A DNA stretch of 64,000 nt from Rhodospirillales bacterium (GCA_038143065.1 JAYQLI010000035.1:32001-96000); one strand, 5' to 3'; numbered from the stretch's first letter, positions 22,450 through 35,111 are shown. Notes: generated by a model not told the origin, from the letters alone. Translations and numbers: made by a program.

Positions 22450-23526
22450 TTAGTCTGGAAGGACAACCCGGCCTCCTAACATCGGGGTGGGGACACCAGT
22501 TGTTTGTGGAAAACTGATAGGCAGTTTCAGTTCGGTGCGCACTGCCAGATAAGCGAATGCTTGTGCCTCAATATCGTCGCCGTTGAAACCAATACTTTCG
22601 ATTGGTTCGACTTGCGTTTTTGACAAGAGCTCTTATCCTTTCCAGGATATAAGAGTTGTTGCGTCCACCACCAGTTATTAGCCAATGCCTTGGAGGGCGC
22701 GGAAGTATGTCTATTACTTTTGCAACACTTTGAGCAGTAATCTCAGATAAAGTTGCGGCGCCATTTTCCAATGAATCCCCAGTCACTAATTTCCAACTAA
22801 AATCTAATCTATCAAGTGACTTGGGCGGTGGACGCTTGAAGAAGATAGATGAGAGTGCGTTGTTAACGCAGGTTTTGTTTGTATGCCCCATGCGCGCAAA
22901 TCGGCCATCTTTATCAAAGGGTTCGCCTGTATTTTCAAAAACCCAATCATCTATTGGGCCATTTCCAGGACCAACATCACACGCGACCAATATTCCATTT
23001 TCATCGATCCACGTAATGTTGGCTACGCCGCCGATATTAACAATTGCAAGAGGCCGCAATGCCACTCTGGAGGCAATCGCTGCATGGTAAATTGGAGCTA
23101 AAGGTGCGCCCTCTCCACCAGCTTTCACATCAGCTGATCTGAAGTCAAAAGCTACTTTAATGCCTGTCTTCTGAGCAAGAGATTTACCGTCACCAATTTG
23201 TAAAGTGATCCCTTCGGCAGGCCTATGTTTTACAGTGTGGCCATGAAATCCAATGATATCGATTGCACTATTAGAAAGACCTTCTTTCTTAAGGAGTATT
23301 TCGATCGCTTCTCTATGTTTGTCCGTTAATTCCATCTCGATGGCTTTAGGGTCAATTTCTCCATCAATAACTTTACGCAGCCTCAGTCGAAATTCGGCCG
23401 GATAAGGAAGATAGAAGCAGAGGCGATTGGCGTTATATGACTGTTTCCATCTGTATCAATTAATGCCACATCAATGCCATCCATCGATGTTCCACTCATC
23501 AAACCAATGGCTCGAAAAATTTTCAC
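22450..23526 (-). CDS. anmK: Anhydro-N-acetylmuramic acid kinase (about two frameshifts)
   Basis: N-terminal [14 protein letters not shown] read upstream of the listed ORF; [26 protein letters not shown]; C-terminal [10 protein letters not shown]...PQTTGV; divergent from tyrS. Confidence 0.9.
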
Positions 23527-23613
23527 GCAAGAACCCTCTTCTGGCATCTGCTTGGGTGCTGTGCTAATCGCAGTGTCATTGTTTATTTATCGCCTTTAGG
23601 GCTATGAGCGAAG

Positions 23614-24878
23614 ATGAGTGATCTTTCCAGCGACTTTATGCGCACTATGACCTCGCGAGGGTTTTTGCACCAGTGCACGGATCAAATTGGCCTTGACCAA
23701 AAGGCAGCTGGGAAACAACCCATAGCTGCGTACATAGGGGTTCGATTGCACGGCAGATAGCCTGCACGTCGGAAGTCTGGTCCAAATTATGATGTTGCGT
23801 TGGCTGCAGAAGACTGGCCACAAACCTATTGTGCTGATGGGGGGTGGGACTACAAAAATAGGTGATCCATCTGGGAAAGATGAGGCTCGTCAATTAATCA
23901 CCGAGGATATCATCAAAGCTAATATGGCTGGCATTAAAAGGGTCTTTGAAAAATTTTTGACCTTTGGGGATGGTCCTACTGACGCAGTAATGGTCGATAA
24001 TGCGGAGTGGCTTGATCAGCTAAAATATATCCCACTTTTAAGAGAAGTAGGTCGTCATTTCTCTGTAAATAGAATGTTAACTATGGACTCAGTCCGGCTC
24101 CGATTAGATAGAGAGCAGCCTCTGTCATTCTTGGAGTTTAACTACATGGTTCTTCAAGCATACGACTTTGCTGAGTTGGCTCGTCGTCACGGTTGTACTC
24201 TCCAAATGGGTGGGTCTGATCAGTGGGGTAATATTGTCATGGGTGTCGATCTGGCGCGCCGTATGGACGGTAATGAAGTTTTTGGAATGACAACGCCGTT
24301 AATTACCACCGCTAATGGTGCAAAGATGGGTAAAACGGCTTCAGGTGCAATTTGGCTAAATGAAGAGCGTTTATCCGCCTACGATTATTGGCAGTTTTGG
24401 CGCAATACAGCGGATGGCGACGTAGGGCGTTTCCTTCGTCTTTTTACCGACCTGCCTCTCAAAGAAATAGAGGATTTGGAGAGTTTAGAGGGGGTAGAAC
24501 TCAATGAGGCTAAGAAGCGGTTAGCTACTGAGGCAACCGCTATGGCCCATGGGCGGGATGCAGCGAATGCAGCTGCCGAGACGGCTAGGCAGACCTTTGA
24601 AGAGGGAAGTTTGAAGGCCGCGCTGCCATCTATTGAAGTTGATAAAAAAGCACTGGAAGCAGGTATTCCTGCTTATGAGTGTTTTGCGTCTGGCTGGGCT
24701 TGTCAATTCAAATGGAGAAGGTCGACGTTTAATCAAAGGAGGTGGAGCTCGGCTGAACGATGTCTCTATTTCTTCTGAGGATAAAATAATCTCTCTTGAT
24801 GACGCGGGTACTGCGGGTTCAATAAAATTGTCGGCGGGCAAGAAGCGACACGTGCTTTTAAAGCCTACGTATTCGTAG
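23614..24878 (+). CDS. tyrS: Tyrosine--tRNA ligase (two frameshifts)
   Basis: [27 protein letters not shown] then [12 protein letters not shown] across an extra G (23737-23740); [15 protein letters not shown]4-like C-terminus. Confidence 0.95.
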
Positions 24879-24890
24879 GCGAATTTTTTT
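24863..24890 (+). terminator. Rho-independent terminator overlapping the tyrS stop codon
   Basis: GCCTACG-TATT-CGTAGGC perfect 7-bp stem, then GAA and T7. Confidence 0.55.
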
Positions 24891-24983
24891 GAAAATTTTG
24901 TTTCTAGTCGGTATCTAGCCACAAAAAGGTATCTTTGGTTCCTCTTCTTTTTGTAAGATGCGCCTTTACAAGCTGAGAGAATT

Positions 24984-25876
24984 TTACTGGCTGCTCGAGC
25001 CAATTTTAGTTTGCTGATTTTGACTTAGCCAAGCTGCAGCGCCGTGAGCTAACAAGGCACCAACTATGAGGAAACCTCCCATAATGGTTGGGTTTTGAGG
25101 GATCTCTCCTAACACTACCCAAGCCCAGATTGGTCCTAAAGCTGTCTCAAGCAGCATCAACAGGCCAACTTCTGCTGCTGGCAGACGGCGAGGCCCCAAG
25201 GTTATGAGGATTAGCGAAACCGGAAGGAGAAAAAGTCCAACAAAAATTAAATTGGGCCAGTCAGATGCAATTGGTAACAATGTATCTGTCATTAAAATTG
25301 CAAATATAGCAGTTAAGCCAGCGCTTAAACCAAGTGCTGGGGTTAGGTCCTGGTTGCTCTTCACGCGGCCTATTATAAAAAACAGAGCTATAGAGATCGC
25401 AGTTGCAAACGCAGCAAGAGCACCCATGACTGTTTCAGATTTTATGTTGGCTTCGAAAATGATTGCGATGCCTGCGGCGATACCCAATGCGGCTACCCAT
25501 GTTCGCATTGCCAGCTTTTCGCCAATTACCCGACCAAAGATAGCAGCAAAGATTGGTGCTGTTGCGATAATGGCTAATGTGTCAGCTACGGTTGTATAAT
25601 TTAAAGCAAAAATGAACCCTAAGTTACTTATGGCCCAGCAGGCTGCTGCCGCTGGTAATGCCCATCAAGGCGCTTCATGTCGTGAATGAGCTGATGCTTG
25701 CGTGTTAGCAATAGCCACGCCCATACCGCTAAACATAATAGTAATGCTCGCCAAAAAATCGCTGTCCAAATGTCAGATTCGATGAGTTTAAATAGTGTCG
25801 CATCTGGCGATAAGACGATCGCGCCTAATGCAGTCAATGCAAATCCTATCCAATAGGACCTAGATTGACCTCTCAT
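24984..25876 (-). CDS. DMT/EamA-family transporter (frameshift near 25640-25660)
   Basis: Multiple TM helices, LSPDATLFKL, AAEVGLLMLLETALGPIWAWVVLGE; ATGA overlap with hydantoinase A. Confidence 0.8.
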
Positions 25877-27916
25877 CCTGCAGAATGCATGAAAATATTG
25901 CCCAGTCGATCTACCTCTGCAATTAATCCTGGATCGACAAAAATTGTTGCATCTGGTTGTTCAAGGATAGCTGGACCATCAATTTGAGTGCCGATTGGTA
26001 ATTCAAGCCTTTTTGAACACACTGGCCTCATGCCATTTACCATCTGCATATACTTTGCGTTTACCGCTGAGGGATCTCTCTGAGTTTCCACTAGCAGGTG
26101 CAAGGCGTTCCAAATCGAAAGGTGGACGACGGCCAATGACAGCTACCCGAAGGTTCATTACCCGAACTTGTGGACCGTTCAAAAGTCTTCCAAATGATTT
26201 ATTATAAGCAGCTTCAAAAGTTGAGAGGACCGCGTCTCTACTAAGATCAATAGCTGACAGCTCGTCTCCTAATAGTCGAACCGGTATGGAGTGAGTTTGT
26301 CCCTGATAGTGCATGTCCAGCTCTATCTCTATCACCGTCTTGTCAATTGGCGCTCTTGAACTTTCTAGCTTAGCAGTTCCTTCTATCCAGAATTTTAAAG
26401 CTAGATCGGCTAAATATCCCTCTTTCACATCATCGAGTGCGGAATTGATGGTTTGTACTCGATCAAGACGCATATCGGCGATATTTGCACCCAAGGCGGA
26501 TAGAACGCCTGGGTAACGGGGAGAAACAGCTCCAGCGAGACCTACCTCACGAATGAGTGCACCAGCATGAAGAGCCCCTCCACCGCCAAATGGCATTGCC
26601 ACAAACTGACTTGGGTCGTGCCCACGTTCTATCGAAACTATTCGTATGGCCCCAGCCATAGCTGCATTTGCAACCTTAATTACAGCCTCTGCAGCTTCTA
26701 CGACAGATAGGCCCAAAGGATCTGCTACCTCGGTTTTTATCGCTTTTTCTGCGGCGGAAATATCTAGGTGTCCGAGTTCTCCACCAATTGGACTATCAGG
26801 GTTGATCCGTCCCAGAAGAACATTGGCGTCTGTGACTGTTGGTAGGCTTCCACCTTTCCCATAGCACGCAGGACCAGGGTCAGCACCAGCACTTTCGGGA
26901 CCAACTCTCAGCATACCGCCCGCATCTATCCAAGCAATTGAGCCTCCACCAGCGCCAATAGTGGTGATTTCTACCATCGGTGCTCTAACGACCATGCCGA
27001 AGTCGATAGAAGTTTCTGCAGCAAGTGATGTGCGGCCATTTGCAATCAGAGATACATCAAAACTTGTACCTCCCATGTCGCATCCTATTACATTGGGATA
27101 TCCTGCGGCTAATCCAACTGCTCTGGCGGCGACAACACCAGCTGCAGGGCCAGACAAGGCGGTGCGGATGGGGGCTTTACTTGCTTCATCCGCGGTCATT
27201 AACCCTCCGTTCGATTGAACTATCAAAAGGCTTGCACCGTCTTCACCTAGAGAGCTTTGAAGCCGCCCAAGATAACGACCCATGGCTGGCTGAAGGTAGG
27301 CGTTTAAGACGGCTGTTGATGTTCGCTCAAATTCTCGGATCTCGGGGAGAATATCCGTTGCGGTAGTTACATGAGCATTGGGCCAAACACGTTCTACGGC
27401 TTCACGGGCAGCTTTTTCATTTTGCGAATTTGCATAAGCGTTAACGAAAGCAATCGCAATCGCTTCGCAACCTGCAGAAGCAAGATTACGCGCAGCCTTT
27501 TCTACTGCTTCGACATCCACATCAAGCTCAATTCTTCCATCCGATAAAACGCGCTCTGGAACTTCTATGCGATCTTTGCGCTGCGCAACGGGTCGAAAGG
27601 TTCCTCTTAGACCCCATGTCCGTGGTCTATCACGCCGGCGCATTTCAAGGACATCCCGAAACCCCTCACTGGTAATTAAGCCAGTGCGAGCGCCTTTTCG
27701 CTCTAGCAGTGCATTTGTTCCCACAGTGGTGCCATGAACGACGGCGTCTATAGATTGCAGATCAGAAATAGCACTTAAGCCGTTCAAGAAACCAACAGAT
27801 TGGTCAGCTGGTGTTGAGGGTGTTTTTGCAGTTTTGATTTCACCAGTTTTGGGATTGATTGCAAAAATATCAGTAAAGGTACCGCCTACATCTACTCCAA
27901 CAATCCAGCCACTCAT
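25873..27916 (-). CDS. Second hydantoinase/oxoprolinase subunit A (frameshift near 26010)
   Basis: GVDVGGTFTD, HGTTVGTNALLE, SGPAAGV, DMGGTSFD, GAGGGSIAW; C-terminal GPAILEQPDATIFVDPG. Confidence 0.9.
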
Positions 27917-29596
27917 GCGAGGTCTCCATAATCCCTAGCCGCGGCAGACTCGGAAATATATCCAGCCTCCAAATCAGCAAGGATAGACTGGTGGGACCGA
28001 TCTTTGGGACAACCGTAGCCACCCCCTCCTGGCGTCTCCAGTCTGAGGCGCATCCCTCGCTTCATCGGAATACCAACAATTTTAGACGCCATTGGGGGAC
28101 TAATTGGTTTTTCTGCATCCTCGGTGTCATAAAAAAATTTATTCAAAGCAGCGGGTTGTCCTCCGAGTACGCCTGGAGGAGATGTTCTTGCGCGCTCTCC
28201 AAATAGAAATGCCTGAGCATTTTCTTCCAATAGTTCTATTTCATAGATTGCACCCAAGCCTCCCCGGTATTTACCTGGCCCCCCAGAGTCTGGCCTAAGG
28301 GCCCACTGACGAAATACAACCGGATATGCAGCTTCAAGGATTTCTAAAGGAGGAATGGTTGCGGTTGAAATAGGCGCATTGCCATGCTGAAGCCCGTCTT
28401 CGCTAGCCGATCCGCCATGACCACCCCAAAAAATGAAAACATAACCCAAGGTGCTCCGCTATCACTACGGCGGCCGGCTATGGATAGCGCATTGATAGTC
28501 CCATAAGCGCATCCGTTAGTTCGCTGTGGTGCAGCTTCCGACATAGCCTGGAAGACAAGGTCGATTAAGCGCAAGATAGTTTCCGTGTAACCACCAACGG
28601 GTTTTGGCGCAGTTGCTGCCAGGATGGAGTTCTCAGGGATGACTACATTGATAGGAACCATAGCCCCTGCGTTAGCTGGAATTTCATCGAAGACATGTTT
28701 CATTGCAACGTAGCAAGCGGCGTGGGTCGTTGCTTTTGAAATATTGATAGGTCCTAAACAAGAGCCAGCTGAACCAGAAAAGTCCAGCTCCATCTCATCC
28801 CCGGCGATAGTGATTTTTAGGCTTAATTTTAATTCTTCATCGACCACGCCATCGTTATCCATGTAGTCGGTTGCTTGATACACGCCGTCAGGAAGACCTT
28901 CTATTTCACGACGCATAAGTCTCTCGGCCCTATCTTTGAGAGCTGTCATCGCCTCATCAATTACGTCGTCGGAGTATTCATCGAGGATCGCATGGAGGCG
29001 CTGCGCTCCCAGATTTAGGCATTAATTTGGGCGTTTAAGTCACCGTAAAGGCTCATAGGCAGCCTTGAATTGGCCTCCAACATTGCTTGAATATCTTGCT
29101 GATATAGACCTCCGCGGAAAAGTTTGACTGGTGGGCAAACAAACCCTTCTTGAAAAGCCTCTGTAGCGGCAGGATTGTAATTGCCAGGAACCGCACCCCC
29201 GACGTCGTGCCAATGCCCGACCGATGCTATCCAACAGAACACCTTGCCTTTCCGAAAAATTGGCTGAACCAGGCGGAAATCTGAGAGATGAGTTCCTCCA
29301 TCCCACGGGTCATTGAAGATATAAACGTCTCCATCTTCGAGGTCGTTTTCTTTTTCTGCTTTATCAATGACGGTTTTTACTGCAAATGCCATTGCGCCTA
29401 CAAAAATAGGTAACCCAGATTTCCCCTGGGCAAGTGTTTCCCCAGTGCTTCGATGATAAATTCCATGCGATGCATCATGAGCTTCTGCAATAATCGGATT
29501 AAAGGCGCTTCTGAAAAGCGTTGCATCCATTTCATCAACGATCTGCTCCAAGCGACCGTTGAGGACAGCAAGAGTGACAGGGTCAAGTGTTGTCAT
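27913..29596 (-). CDS. Second hydantoinase B/oxoprolinase subunit B (two frameshifts)
   Basis: DPVTLAVL, SAFNPIIAEAHD, NDPWDGGTHLSD, GHWHDVGG, DSGGPGKYRGG, ETPGGGGYG. Confidence 0.9.
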
Positions 29597-29639
29597 TGGG
29601 TGCCATCTTGGTTTGCGGTGAAATTAAGTATTGTTGGCT

Positions 29640-30421
29640 TTAACATTTGTGATTGGGGTCAGATAGCTCAATGATAGCTTGATGCATTTGTCTGATATCA
29701 CTTTCTCTCGAAAGTCTGTGATCCCCGTCTTTTATGAGGATTACTTTAACGTCTTCTGACACTATCTTTTCTGCAATTTCCAGGGACAATTCCCACTGCA
29801 CAGCGTCGTCTAACATGCCGTGGAGAAGTCTTGTCCGTCCGTGAAAAGCAATGGGCTTTTCAAGGACAACATTTTTATTCCCATCGTCTAAGAGTGCCTT
29901 TGTAAAAACGTATGGCTCAGGGGCATATTCACTGGGACGGCGTATAAGCCCATCACGTGTTAATGCTTCAGCTTCTTCTTTTGACAGGCTTTTTGCAGGC
30001 TCCGGGTGAAGTCGGGAGCCGCTGCAATGCCCACTAACCCAGTTACACGATTAGGCAAGGCGAGAGCAGATAGAAGCATCAGCCAGCCGCCCATGCTAGA
30101 CCCAACGACAATTTGTGGTCCTTGGGTTAGTTCTTCAATTACGAGTTGAGCGTCTGAGGCCCAATCGCTTAGAGTGGTTTCCTCAAATTTACTAGAAGAC
30201 TGTCCATGCCCGCGGCAGTCAAATCGCACAAAAGACTGTCCTCTTTCGGCACAAAATTCATCGAGGCGTGTTGCTTTCTCGCCATCCATATCGGAACGAA
30301 GGCCATGAATAAAAACAACCCCGGGCAGATCAGCGCGCTTGCCGCGGGTTCTGTGGTAGGCAATATAGCCTCCATCAGGTCGATTCAACTGCGCCGCCGG
30401 TGTTAATCCGGTACTGTTCAT
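29640..30421 (-). CDS. Alpha/beta hydrolase (ABHD10-like), one frameshift near 29960-29990
   Basis: HGLRSDMDGEKA, RFDCRGHGQS, GSSMGG, AAAPDFT; second frame gives LHGMLDDAV and KDGDHRLSR. Confidence 0.85.
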
Positions 30422-30441
30422 GATTAACGCTCCAAAAGGGG

Positions 30442-31707
30442 GTGGAAATGATGCGTCCAGGCACCATGCCGCTCCGTTTTGCATATTCTAGCGGGACTTT
30501 GGGGTTGAACCAAGTTGAACGCGGAGAAATACGAGCGTCATTTTCTGGAATTGGTCGCACGCCAGTTATTGTTCAGGCAATGCCAGCGATTGATGCTAGT
30601 GGGTCGGAGACAACAGCTCTCTGGGCTGCAGAAGTGGCTGCATTAGCAGGGGCACAATCGATAGTGGCATCTGGGTCGGGCCCAGCCGAGCGTTTAAAGA
30701 GATTTGGTGCAAAGCATTTAATGGTTGCTATTGAGCAGAGTGGGCCATTAGCAAGCAGCAATAATATCACTCGCCTCAGAAAACTAATTCTAGAAACAAA
30801 AGCTGATATATTACATGTGCGGTCGCAAGAAATTGCCTGGGCAGCGCTTCAAGCAGCACGAGATACTCAATGCATTGTTGTCACATCTTGCGGCACAGAT
30901 GATGTTTTTTCGAATGTAACAAGAGATGGGGGCTCACTCGCTGAAGGACATTGTATCATTGCGGGCTCTAATCACGTGAAAGAATTGATTCAGCAGTCAG
31001 ATGCCGAGCGAGGGGAACGCATTGCAGTAATTCCAGACGGTGCAGATCTCGCGAATTATTGTCCGGAGAGTGTATCTGCCGAGCGCTTGGCTCAATTGGC
31101 AAAATCATGGGGTAATTTGGAAGAGCCGTCACCGATCATTCTCGTGCCGGGTGCTGTTAACCCTCTGCGCGGACAGATTGACCTTGTGCGGGCTTTTGGG
31201 ATGATTTTACGAACTAATATAAAGACCTCTGACGCCACACTGATTATAGCTGGTACAATTGGTCGAACAGATTCTTACGCAAGGGAACTGAGCCGTGTGG
31301 TTAAGAATCTTAGTTTGCAAAAACGAGTTTTTATAGCTGGTGATCTTGATGATATGCCCGCAGCTATGCTTATGGCCGATGTTGTGGCATCCGTACCAAC
31401 AAGGCCCTTGGGTCAAGACCCTACCGCCGCTATGGCAGCTGCTCTAGGTAAACCTGTGATTGGAGCATCACACGGTGCGACTGCAGAAACTGTTGAGGAA
31501 AATAAGACAGGTCGTCTTTGCCTGCCATCCAACCCCAATGCCATAGCTTCAGCAATAACTGAGGTCCTTTCGCTGCCTGCTTTCCTCCGAAATCAAATGG
31601 CTGAGAACGCGCGGGCAAGAGCCGAAAAGCTTTTTTCAGCCCGCAAGAGCGCACTTGCACTTGCAAGAGTTTATGGTGCTCTTCTCGGTTCTAACGAGTT
31701 AGGATAA
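30442..31707 (+). CDS. Glycosyltransferase family 4 (GT-B) fold protein with degenerate motifs; start uncertain
   Basis: IVQAMPA, DILHVRS, IIAGSNHV, DDMPAAMLMADVV, GKPVIGASHGATAETV, TGRL; the canonical EX7E is absent. Confidence 0.75.
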   Translation: MEMMRPGTMPLRFAYSSGTLGLNQVERGEIRASFSGIGRTPVIVQAMPAIDASGSETTALWAAEVAALAGAQSIVASGSGPAERLKRFGAKHLMVAIEQSGPLASSNNITRLRKLILETKADILHVRSQEIAWAALQAARDTQCIVVTSCGTDDVFSNVTRDGGSLAEGHCIIAGSNHVKELIQQSDAERGERIAVIPDGADLANYCPESVSAERLAQLAKSWGNLEEPSPIILVPGAVNPLRGQIDLVRAFGMILRTNIKTSDATLIIAGTIGRTDSYARELSRVVKNLSLQKRVFIAGDLDDMPAAMLMADVVASVPTRPLGQDPTAAMAAALGKPVIGASHGATAETVEENKTGRLCLPSNPNAIASAITEVLSLPAFLRNQMAENARARAEKLFSARKSALALARVYGALLGSNELG

Positions 31708-31729
31708 TAAATCTTCGTAATCCAGCGCG

Positions 31730-31757
31730 TTGACAGAGCCAGATCGCACGCTAGTTT
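31730..31757 (+). promoter_or_regulatory. Putative sigma70 promoter of thrS
   Basis: TTGACA-N16-TAGTTT upstream of the GAGG SD and ATG at 31796. Confidence 0.45.
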
Positions 31758-31795
31758 GCGGCGGCTAATCAATTGTGAAACATGACGAGGTTAAC

Positions 31796-33731
31796 ATGCC
31801 GAGCGACGCTCAGGCCGAAGCCACAATTAAGGTAACTCTACCCGATGGAGCAAATCGCCAGTTGGCAAAAGGTTCTACCGGTAGGGCTCTTGCATCAGAT
31901 ATATCTACAAGTCTGGGTAAGAAAGCTATAGCAGTTAAGCAAGACGGCGAAGTTATAGACCTTGACCGTGAGCTAGTTAATGGGGCGTCTGTTGAAATTG
32001 TCACTCCAGATTCCCCTGAGGCACTTGAGCTGTTTCGTCACGATTGTGCTCACGTTCTTGCGGAAGCAGTACAAGAACTTTTCCAGGGACCCAGGTTACA
32101 ATTGGTCCAGCAATTGAGAATGGTTTCTATTACGATTTCGCCAGAGAACAGCCATTTACCCCAGATGATCTTGAAACAATTCAGGCAAAGATGAGGAAAT
32201 CATCAATCGCGATGAACCATTTATCCGAGAGGAATGGGATCGTGATGTTGCTATAGAATTCTTTGAGAACAAAGGAGAGGCTTATAAAGCGGAGTTGATC
32301 CGCGATTTACCCGAAAGCGAGACAATTTCTATCTATCGTCAGGGAGACTGGCTTGACCTGTGTCGGGGGCCACATATGCCTTCCACTGGCAGAATTGGGA
32401 CTGCTTTCAAGCTTATGAGTGTCGCTGGCGCTTATTGGCGAGGTGATCATAGAAATGCCATGCTTCAGCGGATCTATGGGACAGTTTGGCGTTCGGAAAA
32501 AGAACTTACATCCCATTTGACTATGTTGGAGGAGGCAGAGAGACGTGACCATCGCCGTCTTGGCCGGGAAATGGATCTTTTCCATCTGCAAGAAGAAGCT
32601 GCAGGTTCAATTTTTTGGCATGCGAAGGGATGGACTCTTTATCGCCAAATAGAGACGTACATGCGACAGCGTCTAGAGAATGCAGGGTACTTCGAGGTTA
32701 AGACCCCTCAGCTTGTCGACCGTGCTTTGTGGGAAGCCTCGGGGCATTGGGATAAATTTCGAGAAAACATGTTCACAGCTGAGACAGAGGATGACCGAGT
32801 TCTGGCGCTGAAGCCTATGAACTGCCCTTGCCATGTCCAAATTTTTAGGCAGGGACTAAAGTCTTATCGTGATCTTCCTATGCGCATGGCTGAGTTTGGC
32901 TCTTGCCATAGGAATGAACCATCAGGGTCTTTGCATGGGATCATGCGGGTAAGGGCTTTCACTCAGGATGACGCCCATATTTTTGCAACCGAAGATCAAA
33001 TTACTAGTGAATGCAAAGAGTTCTGCGATCTTCTTCTGTCAATTTATAAGGATTTTGGTTTTACAGAAGTACGCGTAAAATTCTCTGATCGACCAGAAGT
33101 TCGCGCAGGTGAAGATGCGGTTTGGGACAAGGCCGAAACTGCTTTAATGGACGCAGTTAAAGCGTCCGGACTTGAATTTGAGCTCAATCCTGGCGAAGGG
33201 GCCTTTTACGGACCAAAACTAGAGTTTGTACTTCGTGACGCAATTGGACGTGATTGGCAGTGTGGTACGTTCCAGGTTGATTTTGTGCTGCCAGAACGCC
33301 TGGGAGCAAATTATATTGGAGAAGATAGTCAACGTCATGTCCCAGTGATGCTTCATCGTGCTATCCTTGGATCCTTCGAGCGTTTTATTGGAATTCTGAT
33401 CGAAAACTATGCGGGTAAGCTTCCATTGTGGCTTGCTCCAGTGCAGGCTACGGTGGCTACGATTGTCTCTGATGCAGATGATTATGCAAAGAGGGTTTTT
33501 GAACAGCTAAAAGCATCAGGCATTCGGGCTGAAATTGATCTTCGAAATGAAAAGATTAACTACAAAGTGCGGGAGCATAGTCTCTCCAAGACCCCCATTC
33601 TTCTGGTTGTCGGACGTCGTGAGGCAGAAGAGGGAACTGTTGCCATTAGAAGGCTGGGTGTAAAAGAGCAAGAAACTCTTACTCTAGGTGAAGCAGTTAA
33701 AAAGCTTACAGAAGAAGCAGCATCTCACTAG
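31796..33731 (+). CDS. thrS: Threonine--tRNA ligase (two frameshifts near 32080 and 32195)
   Basis: TGS domain (ITLPDG-like), [55 protein letters not shown]. Confidence 0.96.
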
Positions 33732-33841
33732 TCTTCGTAACATCCCAGATTGCGCAATTCTGTTGACGTCAAAGCACTTGAAAGCTATCAAATTTGGTGT
33801 TTTTTTAATATTTACTAACAAAGTTTAAAGGAGTTCGTTCC

Positions 33842-34377
33842 ATAGCGCGTCCTCATATGCAAGCGCCGCCATCAAAAGACGGCCCACGTATCAATGAAAT
33901 GATTGACGTTCGCCATGTTCGCCTCGTTGGCGCTGATGGTGAGATGATAGGTGTAGTAGAAATAAATGAAGCTCTTGAAGCGGCTGATGAAGCAGGGCTC
34001 GATCTTGTAGAGGTCTCCCCCAACGCTGATCCACCAGTGTGCAAACTTCTTGATTACGGTCGCTTTAAGTATGAGGCTCAGAAAAAGAAAATGAGGCTCG
34101 TAAAAAGCAAAAAGTCATTGAGGTCAAAGAAATTAAGCTAAGGCCTGGTATTGAGCAGCACGATTATTCAATCAAAATGAAAGCCGCTCGTAAGTTCTTG
34201 GACAATGGAGATAAGGTAAAGGTTACCATGCGTTTCCGTGGACGAGAGTTGGCCCACCAAGAAATCGGTGCAAAAGTTCTTGATAGAGTCAGGGAAGAGC
34301 TCGACGAAGCGGCGAAGATTGAGCAGCTGCCAAAGATGGAAGGCCGTCAGCTTGTGATGGTCGTATCTCCCCGCTGA
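33842..34377 (+). CDS. infC: Translation initiation factor IF-3, probable ATA start; one frameshift at the A-run 34088-34091
   Basis: [44 protein letters not shown]; AAGGAG SD 8 nt before the in-frame ATA at 33842. Confidence 0.95.
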
Positions 34378-34416
34378 GATAAGAATCAATTGGGTATTAA
34401 GTTCCAGCTTGGCAGG

Positions 34417-35111
34417 CTAGTTCTGCCAAGCTCGGTGAAATCTGTGAGTCATGTAACTGGTTGCTAAAATTGGTGCCACCAGGTTAATGATTGGCATAGA
34501 AAATAAAAATGTAAGAAGAACTCCGTCTTGCAGGTTGGCGCGCTTATTACGCTTCCGCAGCAAGTTCGCATTGCTTGCTGTAAGGTGTCTGAAAGCGACC
34601 AGATCGAAATACTCCTTCCCAATAAATATCCATTGATTAGATAGAAAGGGATTGGTGCCAAGGGTGGGGCTAAAAACAGCAGGAATATTGAGATGATCAG
34701 CAGGCATAAGTTCAGAGCTATTGCTAATGATGCAAAGCGGAAACTCGCTGTTGCAATTTCGTGCCAGCGTTGATGATGACTTGATTTGTGTCCAGGATAA
34801 TGTCTCGCTTCAACTGCGTCGACGACATTGTCTAAGAAGAAGGCCTGCAGGAAGACTGCTACTGCGGGAAACAGAAAAAGAGCTACAACAATTGGAATAA
34901 TGTCAAAAAGAAGTTGAATGGCGTTATTCAGAAAAGACAGAAAAGTCCAACTTGGTGTCCATTCGCCTAAACCCGCACTTTTAATTAGCCAAATGCTAAG
35001 AATTACCATAGCGCTTAGCATCACCAATGCAGCTATCGCACTATAGAGAAGCGGCCTAATGATTTGTGGGTCCCGGAGCTGATCTAGTGCCTTTCTAAAA
35101 TCATTGATCAT
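34417..35111 (-). CDS. EI24/CysZ-like membrane protein (frameshift near 34615)
   Basis: AFFLDNVVDAVEARHYP, NGYLLG then EYFDLVAFRH, PIINLVAPILA. Confidence 0.8.

Noticed and set aside
31712-33740. Identical 9-mer TCTTCGTAA just after the stop codons on both sides of thrS (31712-31720 and 33732-33740); looks like a target-site duplication, and TTCGTAA resembles a tRNA-Thr(CGU) anticodon loop as in thrS operators
   Set aside because: No flanking stem forms around either copy, the first lies upstream of the putative thrS promoter, and thrS-infC is an ancestral arrangement with no mobile element; likely chance
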